Source of the DNA: an uncultured Phycisphaerales bacterium
Lineage (GTDB): Bacteria > Planctomycetota > Phycisphaerae > Sedimentisphaerales > Anaerobacaceae
Length of the DNA: 64,000 bases
Direction of reading: 5' to 3'
Assembly (NCBI GenBank): GCA_963772725.1
Contig: CAVYYI010000001.1
Location: 64,001-128,000, forward strand
Of the stretch, positions 12,429 through 23,282 are shown one piece after another; within the stretch, counting starts at the first letter, position 1, and the number at the start of each line of letters is the position of its first letter. Under the pieces are notes generated by a model. It was not told the origin of the DNA and did no database searches. It worked only from the letters and a program-made list of their open reading frames with translations. Made by a program: the position numbers and the translations under genes.

Positions 12429-13830
12429 ATTTTCCGATACAAAAGCGGTTGAAAATATTATCCAGTATCTTCTCGTCAAGGCTTTCCTGCTCGATAGTCG
12501 CCAGGCTTCGATGCGCCGTACGCAGCATCATCGCGGCAATTTCGCTATTACCATTTTGAATTTCTTTCGCAGCTTCGACAAGACTCTCAGAGGCGTCGGT
12601 GACAGCCTGTTTGTGCCTGGCGGTTAAGGCTATGCCGTATTTTGAATCCTTTACACCGCCGGCAACAGCACTTCCTTTTTTCACCAAAAGCTGCAATATT
12701 TTTTCATCTATTATTTTGCGAAGGACATTTATATTAATGTCGGTTTCAACACTGACAGGTACAAAAACGGTATTGAATAACTCGTTCAGCATATCAAGAC
12801 GGCTTTTGAGCGTATCATGAGTAAGCAGGTCTGATTTAGTCGCTATCGTTATAAGCACATCTGGATTTATAAGTTTGCGTATCGCGATATCCTCGTTCCA
12901 GTCAGTTTTTGATATATCGACGCAGAATACAGCGATGGATGCTTTTTGAATAGCATCCAGCGCAGAGTTCTGCGCAAGTTCGTCGATAAGCGTTTCACAT
13001 TTCGGCATCAAGCCTGCGCAATCGAACAGAACACAAATAGTATTACGAAGTTCGAGTTGTCCGCTTAGAACGTCCCTTGTAGTCTTCCGTTGGTATGATA
13101 CGATGCTTCTTTCGTGACCGAGCAGTTTATTAAGCAGGCTGCTTTTGCCGGCATTGGGGGCGCCGGCGATTCCGACTGCAGGCAAATCAATTATGGATTC
13201 ACAAGTAATGCTGCCCAGCTGGAGCTGCTCAAGTCTGTTTTTTAGTTCGGTAATTTTTTCCGCTGCTTCATCCTTAGTTATAAACTCTATATCTTCCTCG
13301 CTGAAATCGAATCCCGCCTCGATTAAACTGAGACAATCCACTATCTGGCCGGTTATCTCTTCGGTGGTTTTGCTCAATCGTCCGGTCAGCAGTTTTTCTG
13401 CTGCGGCAAGCTGAAATCTGTTTGAACTGGAGATAATCTCGTTGACCGCCTCGGCTTGCGCCAAATCAATTTTGCCGTTAAAATACGCCCTTGCGGTAAA
13501 TTCCCCTGGTTGCGCCATTTTGGCTCCATTAGCGCACAGTTCAGCAATTAGCGATTCCGTAACGCAGGAGTTTGCATAGAAATGAAACTCAGTAATATCC
13601 TGGCCGGTGTAGGAATGCGGCGATACAAAAAGATACATTACAGCTTTGATTTTCAGTTCTTTATCTATTGTGATTACGCCGGAAACGAGACCGGAAGCAT
13701 TCTGTTCCGGCATCGGTGTAAAAATTCTGCTGCAGATATTGATGGTATCGGGACCGCTTACGCGAACAATTACTCTGCCATCCAAGGCTGGTGAACTGAC
13801 CGCTGTAATAGTATCATCGGACTGATACAT
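12427..13830 (-). CDS. mnmE: tRNA modification GTPase MnmE
   Basis: DTITAVS, PHSYTGQD, PGEFTARAY, GAPNAGKSSL, FCIGK terminus. Confidence 0.95.
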   Translation of the reverse strand: MYQSDDTITAVSSPALDGRVIVRVSGPDTINICSRIFTPMPEQNASGLVSGVITIDKELKIKAVMYLFVSPHSYTGQDITEFHFYANSCVTESLIAELCANGAKMAQPGEFTARAYFNGKIDLAQAEAVNEIISSSNRFQLAAAEKLLTGRLSKTTEEITGQIVDCLSLIEAGFDFSEEDIEFITKDEAAEKITELKNRLEQLQLGSITCESIIDLPAVGIAGAPNAGKSSLLNKLLGHERSIVSYQRKTTRDVLSGQLELRNTICVLFDCAGLMPKCETLIDELAQNSALDAIQKASIAVFCVDISKTDWNEDIAIRKLINPDVLITIATKSDLLTHDTLKSRLDMLNELFNTVFVPVSVETDININVLRKIIDEKILQLLVKKGSAVAGGVKDSKYGIALTARHKQAVTDASESLVEAAKEIQNGNSEIAAMMLRTAHRSLATIEQESLDEKILDNIFNRFCIGK

Positions 13831-13832
13831 TG

Positions 13833-15798
13833 TTAAAACCGTTTAAAGAATGGTTTCGGTTTTTTCTTTTTTACTTTGCCGCCGGTTTTGCTGGTAGCTG
13901 ATACCGTGCCGTCCGCTTCCTGCTCCTCTTTTTCGCGGATATGCTTTCTAATAACCCACTGCTCAATTACACCGGCGAAGGTGCTTGCTCCGATATAGAG
14001 GTTCAGTCCCGAAGGGGCGTTATACAGCATTAAAGGAAAGAGGATAGGCATCATAATCATCATCATTTTCTGCTGCTGAGCCATCTGCGGATTACTCGAA
14101 GCCGCAGCGGTCTGCGGAGTAAGTTTCTGCTGGAGGTAAAACGCGACACCCATCATAAGCGGCAAAAGATTAAGCGAACTGAGTTTAAAATTTACAAAAG
14201 GAATATTTATCGTCGTAAATCTTATAAGCGCATCAGGAGCAGAAAGGTCGGTAATCCAGAAAGGCAAAAATTCCGCGCCGCGTAACGCGACACTGGCGTA
14301 TATCGCCCCGTAGAGCGCTATCCAGATTGGCATCTGAATAAACATCGGTATCATACCCATAATCGGGGAGGCGCCGTGTTCCTTGTAAACCGCCATCATT
14401 TGCTTATTCATTTCAGTTTTGTCGTTAGCGTATTTCTTTTTTATCTCCTCAATCTGAGGGCCGAGCTTACTCATTTTGCTCATTGAAATCTGGCTTTTCT
14501 TTGTAATCGGATGCAAAATGATACGAATCAGGAAAACCAGTATGATAATGACTATGCCGTAGTTATGAATAATATGGTGGTACATCCATTCCATCGCGGC
14601 CAGTATGCCAAAAGCCAGCGGATTTATAATCGCAGTGGGGCAGCAGACACGCCATAAAATCTATTGTCTGTTCAAAGCCGAGACTTTTGTACATCGGATT
14701 ACCGTCAAATACCCGCTTATCCTTAGGCCCGATATAAAGAGCGAAATTGTACACCTTTGAACTTTGGGGCTGGTCTGATACGGCAAGAGTAACGGGAGAT
14801 ATTTCAAAATCAAGCCCTATTGTTTTATCCTCGCTGTCAGGTTTCCCACTGGGGTTATAAAACCGACCTGTTTTATCCTCTATCCAGTCGCAAAAATTCT
14901 TCCCATTATCCGGAACCGGTATGAGTATGGAAGCAAAATATTTATTAACAATCCCTGCCCAGATGAAAATATCGTTATTTTTGCTGGTTAATGCCAGGCC
15001 TTTAGGGGTAGGTGCCTTTTCGAGACCTTTCATATCGAATCTGGTTGTTCTGATTTCGCTTGCGCCTTTGAACGCTGCTATTACTTTTCTCGAATCAGCC
15101 CTTTGGTCTTCTTCTCCGATTCCGACGGGGCCTGCCAGGTTAAACCGCACCTTTTGTTCGTCAAAGGAAAGATTTTCAACTTTTAGACTTATGTTCACCG
15201 AGTAGCTGTTCGGCGAAATCTTATAAGTCTTGATTAGTTTCAGCACGGGTTTATCGGTGTCTTTATTTATAATAATCGCCTCGAAACCGGCTGTCTGTGA
15301 ACCGTCGGCCGTTTTATTAACATCCGAGCATTCCCAGGATAATTTATTCAGAGCAAGCTGCTGGCCCTGCTGAGTAAAAATAAACTCCCTGTTTGCCATC
15401 GATAAAACATCCTGGCCGGCAGGCGATAAAACAGTCAAAGGCTGAGGATTTTTGGCACTTCTGTTATCAAATTTGCTGAAGGTCGCGCTTCTGATGGCCG
15501 CTCCCTGCGAGGTTAAGTCAAGCTGAAACTCATAATTGCTGCAAGGGTCAACCGAACCAAGCTTAACGTCTTTAACAGGCGACTGGTCTGCACCGAATAC
15601 AACCACCGCTTTGAGAACCGGTGTCTCTTTGGAAACCGCCGGCGCTTTTGCTTCGGCCTTGTCAACCGGCTGGGTCTGCTGCAAAAGAATACAGGGCGAG
15701 CCTTTGGCGGAGACATTTTTAAAAAAGCCTGATTTAACAACAAGTCCGCCGCAAAAAATAACGAATGCAGCTACAATTAAAACTAAAATTTTCTTCAT
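13833..15798 (-). CDS. yidC: Membrane protein insertase YidC (one frameshift near 14640)
   Basis: Periplasmic domain (WAGIVNKYF, YIGPK) followed by NYGIVIIIL, QMPIWIALY, WITDLSAPD, PSGLNLY. Confidence 0.92.
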
Positions 15799-15838
15799 AA
15801 TCAAAATCACCAATAATCCATTATCAATCATCAATTTA

Positions 15839-16614
15839 TTATCTTCCTTCTCTGAGCCTGTCGCCGTGAAAGTTGTCCAGCCTGTCGATAGCGCGTATCT
15901 TGCTTATCGTGGTCTCAAAGTCGTATTCCAGCCGAACAAAATGCACCTTATTTTCGTCGATATAGACATAACTGGCACGGTTGTCCTTATCTCTGGGCTG
16001 GCCCACCGAGCCGGCGTTTATAATCGCCTTCTCATCATCCACAATCGGGTAAGTATTGCCAAGCTCGTCGGGCATATAAAAATCCGGCTCCTCAAGAAAA
16101 ACGCCGGGTACGTGCGTATGGCCTATAAAACAAATATGTTTGACCCTGCCGAAAAGTGTGCGAACCTTGGTGGGATTGCTGTAAACGTCATCAGGAAAAA
16201 TATACTCATTTATCGGTTTTCTCGGCGAGGCGTGAACAAAATCCAGCACCACCGCTTCCTGGCCAAGCTTAGCCTTAAGAGTACGCGCATCGGTAGCCTG
16301 CCCAGAAAATTCCATCTTTTATCGCTCGCCTGGCGGTTCGTTTCCGCTTCGAGAACATCGCGAGTCCAAAAGCCGGCCTGCTCGGCGGAATAGTTAAAAT
16401 TCGTAGGCTCATAAAAAACCGCGTAATCGTGATTGCCCAGAACGCACCACTTGGTCTTCTCGATAACTAAGTCGAGGCACTCCCTCGGGTTAGGGCCGTA
16501 CCCGATAACGTCGCCAAGGCAGTAAATCGTCTCTATGCCCCGTTTTTCTATATCCGACAGAACGGTCGTCAACGCCTCAAGATTAGAATGTATATCACTT
16601 ATAACAGCGAACAT
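15839..16614 (-). CDS. Metallophosphoesterase (one frameshift)
   Basis: SDIHSN, GDVIGYGP, GNHD, GHTH, NAGSVGQPRD motifs. Confidence 0.88.
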
Positions 16615-16936
16615 TTTACTGTCCCAAATAGTAAGCTACTCTTTGTAAACGTCTAAAACATAAAAAGATAACAAAAATTTCGCAAAAAATCCAACATTTT
16701 TATTTGTTTTTGAAAAAAGACTGCCTGCCAAAGTGCTAAAGAGGCAAGAATATTTTTAAAATCTGCATAATCAGCATTAAACATAGTGTAAAGGATGTAG
16801 CGATCTATGCAGGGGAGCAATGTGAATTAGGTTGACCTTAGGGTGGGAATCTGCAATTATATGGATTATAAGGCTGATTTTAAGGTTTTTCAGGGAACAT
16901 TTTCAGGTTCTGCTGGTCGAATTAAGGAGCAGCTTA

Positions 16937-17542
16937 GTGCAGTCAGAGACATCAAACATCAGGATTGACGATGCGGAGCTGGTGGAGCAGTGCCGGCGCG
17001 GCGAATCCGCGGCGATGGAACGGCTGATAATCAAGTACCAGAACCGCATTTATAACGTGATTTTGAAGATGTGCGCCAACGCCGACGACGCGCGGGAACT
17101 TACTCAGGATGCGTTTGTCAAAGCTATAGAGAACCTTGATAAATTCGAAGGCAAAAGCGGCTTTTACACCTGGCTTTTCAGGATTGCGCTTAACCTGACG
17201 ATAAATTTCTGCAAAAGAAACTCGCAGGTCGGCTTTAAGTCGCTGGACAGCGAGGCGGACATGCAGGATAGTAACACCAAAGTGGTGCTGCGGGATATAC
17301 TTCACGACCAGCGGCAGGTGGAGCCTTCGCAAATCGCGCAGAACAATGAGTTGTGCGAGATTATCGCCAAAGCGATGATGAAGCTGGACGAAGAACAAAG
17401 AACGGTTTTAATTTTAAGGGATATCGAAGGCATGAGTTATGCCGAGATTGCTGAAATTCTGGATGTGGAGCTGGGGACGGTAAAAAGCAGGCTCAGCAGG
17501 GCCAGGAGCAATCTCAAGGAAATTGTGGAGGCGATTTTATAA
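16937..17542 (+). CDS. ECF sigma-70 factor
   Basis: DARELTQDAF, FYTWLFRIA, SYAEIAEILDVELGTVKSRLSRAR; GTG start after AAGGAG. Confidence 0.9.
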   Translation: MQSETSNIRIDDAELVEQCRRGESAAMERLIIKYQNRIYNVILKMCANADDARELTQDAFVKAIENLDKFEGKSGFYTWLFRIALNLTINFCKRNSQVGFKSLDSEADMQDSNTKVVLRDILHDQRQVEPSQIAQNNELCEIIAKAMMKLDEEQRTVLILRDIEGMSYAEIAEILDVELGTVKSRLSRARSNLKEIVEAIL

Positions 17543-18510
17543 TGAAAGATAACACATATATCGATGAATTGCTCAACGGTTTTATCGACGGGGAATTGAC
17601 ACCTCAACAGCAGGTTGAGCTGGAAAGACTTATAGCGAAAGAGCCGCACATTGAACAGAAACTGCGGGAGCTGAAAAAATGTAAATTGCTCGTAAGTTCG
17701 CTGCCTTTTTCTAAGGCGCCGGCGGGGATGCTCGGCGATATAAAAGCATCGCTGGAGAAAAAAGCCTTGCTCGAACATTCACACAAACACTCTGTCGAAC
17801 ATAGCGGCAGGAGAGTTTTGCTGATGCGTAAGCTGATGACTGCCGCCGCGATGCTTGTCTTGATTGTGGTCTTCGGCGCGGTTATTTACACTATTGTTAG
17901 ACCGGTGCATAATGCGAGTAAGGTTTTTGTCGCGGTTAATAATACGACGCAGAATAAGCCGATTGCGGCGGCTGTCGAAAGCAGGTTTGACGGTACGCTT
18001 GAGCTTGCGACAAAAAATCTGACGGCTGTCAAAGCGGTCATCAACAGAGCGATTGTGGAAAACGGCATTCAGGATATTGCCGCCGCCAAAAACGAGGACG
18101 GCAAAACCGTACATGTTCTTGCCTGCGGCAGGAGTAAACTCAACGCCTTTTTGGCGGAGATGAATCCAGCGTGGGGGCAGCTCGATTCCGCTAAACTGAT
18201 TCTTAAAGGCCAGGAAAACAGCAACGTAACTGTGGATAATGTCAATGTCGCACAAATTATCGAGATTGCCCATCAGGATACCGCTGAAAAACGCTTTGAG
18301 TTGTGCAGGAATTTTGCTTTCCTGAACGAAAGTCCCACACTTTTGGCCAACAATGGAACGCTGACAGGGGAGGGCAACAGTGTGGATTTGTTGAGGACAT
18401 TAACACCTGTTCCCAAACCGGTCTTGACATCCGCTGAAAAAACAGTTAAAAGAATCCTTGCTTCCAGTGAAGATATTGAAGTTAATCTGACTATTATATT
18501 TAACGGGTAA
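17542..18510 (+). CDS. Putative anti-sigma factor
   Basis: Overlaps the sigma stop codon; N-terminal ELLNGFIDGEL motif and a single TM helix. Confidence 0.75.
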   Translation: MKDNTYIDELLNGFIDGELTPQQQVELERLIAKEPHIEQKLRELKKCKLLVSSLPFSKAPAGMLGDIKASLEKKALLEHSHKHSVEHSGRRVLLMRKLMTAAAMLVLIVVFGAVIYTIVRPVHNASKVFVAVNNTTQNKPIAAAVESRFDGTLELATKNLTAVKAVINRAIVENGIQDIAAAKNEDGKTVHVLACGRSKLNAFLAEMNPAWGQLDSAKLILKGQENSNVTVDNVNVAQIIEIAHQDTAEKRFELCRNFAFLNESPTLLANNGTLTGEGNSVDLLRTLTPVPKPVLTSAEKTVKRILASSEDIEVNLTIIFNG

Positions 18511-18518
18511 GTAGAGGA

Positions 18519-19058
18519 ATGCTTAACATAGAAAATTGCTGTCTGGCGGTCGTGGATGTTCAGGGCAAACTGGCGCAATTGATGTACGAGTGTGAGTACC
18601 TCATAAAAAATATCCAGATTCTCATTAAGGCCGCGAAAATTCTCAACATACCCATTTTATGGTGTCAGCAAAGACCGGAGGCTTTAGGTCCGACGGTTGG
18701 TGAAATAGCAGAACTCCTGGCCGGAAGCGAACCTGTCAATAAGTTAAGTTTCAGCTGCTGCGGCTGCGAAAAGTTTAACAACGAATTAGATGCCCTTAAC
18801 CGAACGGAGGTTATTTTGTGCGGCATAGAAACGCACGTCTGCATATATCAAACTGCTGTTGATTTGCTGGCCAAGGCAAAAATGGTGCATGTCATCGCCG
18901 ACGCGGTTTCGTCACGAACATTGGAGAATAAGCAAACCGCTCTGGAAAAAATGCGGGATAAAGGCGCTAATATAGACAGCACAGAAATGGTTTTGTTCGA
19001 ACTGCTCAAAACCGCCGAACACCCGAAATTCAGAGAAATTGCAAGACTTGTAAAATAA
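18519..19058 (+). CDS. Isochorismatase-family hydrolase
   Basis: VVDVQ, KLSFSC, GIETHVCIYQT, DAVSSR motifs. Confidence 0.9.
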   Translation: MLNIENCCLAVVDVQGKLAQLMYECEYLIKNIQILIKAAKILNIPILWCQQRPEALGPTVGEIAELLAGSEPVNKLSFSCCGCEKFNNELDALNRTEVILCGIETHVCIYQTAVDLLAKAKMVHVIADAVSSRTLENKQTALEKMRDKGANIDSTEMVLFELLKTAEHPKFREIARLVK

Positions 19059-19095
19059 ACTCTGCTGAGATTAGCCCTGCGGGATATCTTCAATT

Positions 19096-20341
19096 GAGAC
19101 CTCTGAAAAACTATGCATTTTTTACAAAACATTAATGCAATTATCAGCGGATATGATATAATGCGTCCATTCAATAGTCAATTTTATTGCATGGAGGCAA
19201 AGATTATGGAACGCACAAGCAATCAACCAACATTTCTCAACAGTTTAACTTCTGACCTCGGCGGTCGTCGCACTGCTCAATTTTTTCAAAAATGCGACCT
19301 GCTTATACCATGGAACGAACTTGCTGAGCCGTTAAGGGATATGTACAAGAACAACACCGACAAAGGCGGAGCATCGAATTATCCACTTGTAATGATGATA
19401 AAATGCATAATGCTGCAAAAGTGGTTTAATCTTTCCGACCCGATGCTCGAAGAGATGCTCTGTGACCGTATATCCTTCAGACGATTTGTAGGCCTTAAGA
19501 TGGAACAGGATGCACCTGATGAAACCACTTTTGTGCAGTTTCGCAAGCGTCTTAATATAAACGGCCATATAGCTACATTATTTGATAAGACTATCGCCAT
19601 ACTCAAAAGTCGCGGCGTTATACTTGAGGAAGGGACCTGTGTTGATGCCACTATAATAGAAGCGCCTCGCGGCAGAACGGGCAAAGACGGTATTTCCAGC
19701 ACCAAAGACAAGGCGGCAGGTTATACGAAAAAGCGTGGCAGAATATATCACGGCTATAAGGGCCATATTGCTACTGACTGTAACGGCATGATTAAAGACT
19801 ACCGTTTCGATACCGCCTCAACCCATGACAGCAGGTATATTGACGAACTTGTCGAGGATGAGAAGGACAGTGTCTTTGCTGATAGTGCATATATGGATAA
19901 AGACCGAAAGGCAAAACTGGAGGAACGCGGCGTGTTCTGCGGAATTATTCAAAAACGAGTTCGCGGCCAGAAGGAATTAACAGCATCACAGAAATTGCAT
20001 AACCGTCTGGTGGCGGGAATTCGGGCGGTGGTTGAACATCCGTTTGCGTGGATGAAGAATACCGGCTACGGCAGGACTCGATATCGAGGTATGAGGCGTA
20101 ACGCCTTTGATTTTGGGTTACATGTAATAGCGTACAATTGGAAAAGGAGTTTTAGCCTGGTGAGTATTGCCGGATAACGGCACACGACCTTTATGAGCAG
20201 ACAAAAAGGTATACCAAAGGCATAAAAGAATCCTTTGGTAAGGCGAGAAAACAGTTTTTGCGGTGTATCGAAATAATTTTTCGAAGCACTTCAAGCAAAA
20301 ATATAAGAGAATAATAAAATGTGAGGTTTTTCAGAGGTCTC
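19096..20341 (+). mobile_element. IS5-family insertion sequence
   Basis: Perfect 16-bp TIR GAGACCTCTGAAAAAC / GTTTTTCAGAGGTCTC; 4-bp TSD AATT (19092-19095, 20342-20345). Confidence 0.93.
19206..20177 (+). CDS. IS5-family transposase
   Basis: LQKWFNLSDP, PDETTF, VDATII, GYKGH, ADSAY, RAVVEHPF motifs. Confidence 0.93.
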   Translation: MERTSNQPTFLNSLTSDLGGRRTAQFFQKCDLLIPWNELAEPLRDMYKNNTDKGGASNYPLVMMIKCIMLQKWFNLSDPMLEEMLCDRISFRRFVGLKMEQDAPDETTFVQFRKRLNINGHIATLFDKTIAILKSRGVILEEGTCVDATIIEAPRGRTGKDGISSTKDKAAGYTKKRGRIYHGYKGHIATDCNGMIKDYRFDTASTHDSRYIDELVEDEKDSVFADSAYMDKDRKAKLEERGVFCGIIQKRVRGQKELTASQKLHNRLVAGIRAVVEHPFAWMKNTGYGRTRYRGMRRNAFDFGLHVIAYNWKRSFSLVSIAG

Positions 20342-20342
20342 A

Positions 20343-21147
20343 ATTCATTATTCATTAATCTTCGCCCCGCCATTCTGCGGCCAACCAATCAAATTGTCAA
20401 GCCTTTTCATCTTATAATCATAAAATCGGCAATCGAAAAAACCCGTGTTATTTGTCCGGCTTATAAAGATGCCCGTTCTTGTCGGGATTCTGCGGACAAG
20501 GCAGAGGTCTTTGGAATAAGCCTATCTAAGTTCTTCAATTGCTTTAAGGATAAAACTGCGCAGCGGTGAAAATTCTTCGTGGTCAAAATAATCTGCGTTT
20601 ATCTGTGTGAATCTGCGGATAATATTTTTCGTGTTTTTTGCGCCTTTTTGTGGCCATTATTTTCTTTGTGCCTTAGTGTCTTCGTGGTTGCCTTTTGCTT
20701 TCATACGCACTACGCACCTCGCACTATGCAATACCGTCTCTTCTATTCTGGACTCCAGTATTCTGGACTCCTTTTATAGCAATTAAAGAAAATATGTAAC
20801 CTTACACAGTCCGGTTGTTAAGAAGTAGAGCAACTTTGCTAGATTCGTAGCCACTACTTATCCGCAAAAATTAGGATAAGTGGTACGGCTATACTTTTTC
20901 TTGCATTGCTATAAAACTCGAGCGACCAGCGACGAGCGACGAACAACGAACTTTACCTATCTTAACATTTGCTCCTTTCCGCCGAAAACGCATTCTTTCA
21001 AAAAGTGTTAAAAAATGCTCAAATTGCGCACATTTTTCTTAAAAATTGTTCAAAATTCTTCAAAAAATGCGAAGAAAATGCTCATTTTTGCGCGTAATTT
21101 AGGCAAACTTTAACGATTGTAGCGATTATTTCCGGAAATAGTCTTTT
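20343..21147 (-). repeat. Non-coding repeat hub, copy A (inverted near-duplicate of 59308-60047)
   Basis: Long stretches are exact reverse complements; differs by a MITE insertion here, a 70-bp block present only in copy B, and scattered substitutions. Confidence 0.93.
20777..20911. mobile_element. 135-bp MITE with TA target duplication (IS630/Tc1-mariner-like)
   Basis: TIR TAGCAATTAAAGAAAA / TTTTCTTGCATTGCTA with TA on each side; the homologous site in copy B (near 59541) has a single TA and no insert. Confidence 0.82.
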
Positions 21148-21210
21148 AGGTTGTTAAACGGAAATCAATGCCAGGCGATGAAAAACGAATACCGAGCAAA
21201 GGACCTCGCC

Positions 21211-21428
21211 TGTCAACTTGGCAAAGATGAGCTGGGCTTATGCCAAAAATGACGGCAGTTATACCAACACTCATCCAGCTTTCATCTGCCATAGGCGGAT
21301 TATCTGCAATTTCAGAATTTTGATATAAGTCTTTATATTACAAATACCTCTGCGCTCTCTGCGAACTCTGTGGTGAAATATGCTGGTTAATTCATTTACA
21401 GCGTACGCGAACTGGTATATAATTTGCA
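21211..21428 (+). promoter_or_regulatory. Sigma54-type promoter of groEL with candidate activator sites
   Basis: TGGTAT-ATAAT-TTGCA at 21413-21428; TGTCAACTTGGCA at 21211-21223 and TGCCAAAAATGAC at 21241. Confidence 0.6.
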
Positions 21429-21494
21429 ATTCCGGTATAATCAATAATTCGATTTTAATAAATATTTTCGTGGATAGTAAAGGAGACAAGTAAT

Positions 21495-23183
21495 ATGGCA
21501 GTTAAAAATTTGGCATTTGAAACAGAGGCAAGAGCAAAGCTGCTGGCGGGTGTGGAAAAGTTGGCAAGAGCGGTCAAAGCGACGCTTGGGCCTCGCGGCA
21601 GAACCGCTGTTATAGATAAAGGTTGGGGCGGCCCGCTCGTTACCAAAGACGGCGTAACAGTGGCTGAAGAGATTGAACTTACCGACAAAAACGAGAACCT
21701 GGGCGCAAAGTTAGTCAGGGAAGCGGCGAGCAAAACCTCCAAAATCGCCGGCGACGGGACAACGACCGCGACTTTATTGACTGAGGCGATGTTCAAGGAG
21801 GCATATCGCAATCTAACCGCTGGCGCGGACGCGATGTCTCTTAACCGCGGGATGCAGGAAGCGACAAAAGTTGTGATTAAGAAGCTGGCCTCGCTTGCCA
21901 AACCGATTGATATCGCCAAGAAGACCGACATAATCAACATAGCGTCAATTTCCGCCAATAACGATACGGCAATCGGCAAGATTATGGCAGAAGCGTTTCA
22001 GCGGGTGGGCAAAGACGGGGTCATCACAGTCGAAGAGGGCAAAGGGCTTGAGACGACGGTTGAATTTGTCGAGGGTATGCAGTTCGACCGCGGCTATCTT
22101 TCGCCGCACTTTGTGACCAATCCTGATAATATGACGTGCGAACTTGAAAAGCCGTTCATGCTTGTTTACGAGGACAAAATCAGCAATGTTGCAAAGATGG
22201 TTCCGCTGCTTGAGAAAATCGCCAAGAGCAAACGTCCGTTGCTGATTATCGCCGAGGATGTGGAAAGCGAAGCACTCGCGACATTAGTAGTCAATAAGCT
22301 TAAAGGTATTCTGCAGGTTGCGGCTGTCAAGGCGCCGGGTTATGGAGACAGGCGAAAGGCGATGCTGCAGGATATAGCGATACTGACCGGCGCGGAGCCA
22401 ATTTTCAAGGATTTGGGAATCGAGCTGGAAAATATCAGCGTTAAACAATTGGGCCAGGCGAAAAAGATAACGATTGATAACGATAACACCATTATTGTCG
22501 AGGGAGCTGGCGGCGATGAGGCCATTAAAGGAAGAATCAAACAGATTCAGGCCGAAATTGGAACTACAACAAGCGATTACGACCGCGAGAAACTGCAGGA
22601 GCGTTTGGCGAAACTGACCGGCGGCGTGGCTCAAATCAATGTCGGGGCAGCCAGCGAAACTGAGATGAAGGAAATAAAAGCCAGAATCGAGGACGCGCTT
22701 CACGCTACCAGAGCGGCCATCGAGGAAGGAATTGTTGCCGGCGGAGGTGTGGCACTGATACGATGCATCGAAGCGGTTAAGCAGTTGAAACTGACCGGCG
22801 ACGAGAAGACCGGCGCGGAGATAGTCGCAAAGGCTTTGGTGATGCCGTGCTACTGCATCGCTGACAATGCCGGCGCGATACCAAACCTGATTGTTAATAA
22901 GGTTGCAGAAGGTAAGGGCGGATTTGGCTATAACGCCAATACAGATACTTTTGAAGACCTGCTCGAAGCAGGCGTAATTGACCCTGTTAAGGTAACAAGA
23001 ATCGCTCTTCAGAACGCGACAAGTATAGCGGGACTGCTGCTGACTACCGATTGCCTTGTAACCGAAAAGCCCGAGGAAAAGAAAGGCGGCCAGGGCGGAA
23101 TGCCTGGCGGTATGGGTGGTATGGGAGGCGGCATGGGAGGAATGGGTGGCATGGGCGGGATGGGCGATATGGATATGATGTAA
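21495..23183 (+). CDS. groL: Chaperonin GroEL (paralogue 1, GGM tail)
   Basis: [33 protein letters not shown]-terminal GGM repeats. Confidence 0.97.
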   Translation: MAVKNLAFETEARAKLLAGVEKLARAVKATLGPRGRTAVIDKGWGGPLVTKDGVTVAEEIELTDKNENLGAKLVREAASKTSKIAGDGTTTATLLTEAMFKEAYRNLTAGADAMSLNRGMQEATKVVIKKLASLAKPIDIAKKTDIINIASISANNDTAIGKIMAEAFQRVGKDGVITVEEGKGLETTVEFVEGMQFDRGYLSPHFVTNPDNMTCELEKPFMLVYEDKISNVAKMVPLLEKIAKSKRPLLIIAEDVESEALATLVVNKLKGILQVAAVKAPGYGDRRKAMLQDIAILTGAEPIFKDLGIELENISVKQLGQAKKITIDNDNTIIVEGAGGDEAIKGRIKQIQAEIGTTTSDYDREKLQERLAKLTGGVAQINVGAASETEMKEIKARIEDALHATRAAIEEGIVAGGGVALIRCIEAVKQLKLTGDEKTGAEIVAKALVMPCYCIADNAGAIPNLIVNKVAEGKGGFGYNANTDTFEDLLEAGVIDPVKVTRIALQNATSIAGLLLTTDCLVTEKPEEKKGGQGGMPGGMGGMGGGMGGMGGMGGMGDMDMM

Positions 23184-23282
23184 AAAAAACAGTAGACAGA
23201 ATAAGACACAAGATTCAAGACCCAAGACCTTTTGCGTCGTGGTTGTAAAGAAAATTTTAGGATTTTTTGTTAAAGGTGGATT

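Noticed and set aside
15536..16393. Long antisense ORFs (also 22284-23225 and 35373-36416)
   Set aside because: Shadow frames of well-supported genes on the opposite strand.
23092..23180. Tandem repeat at the end of groEL
   Set aside because: Encodes the ordinary GGM tail.
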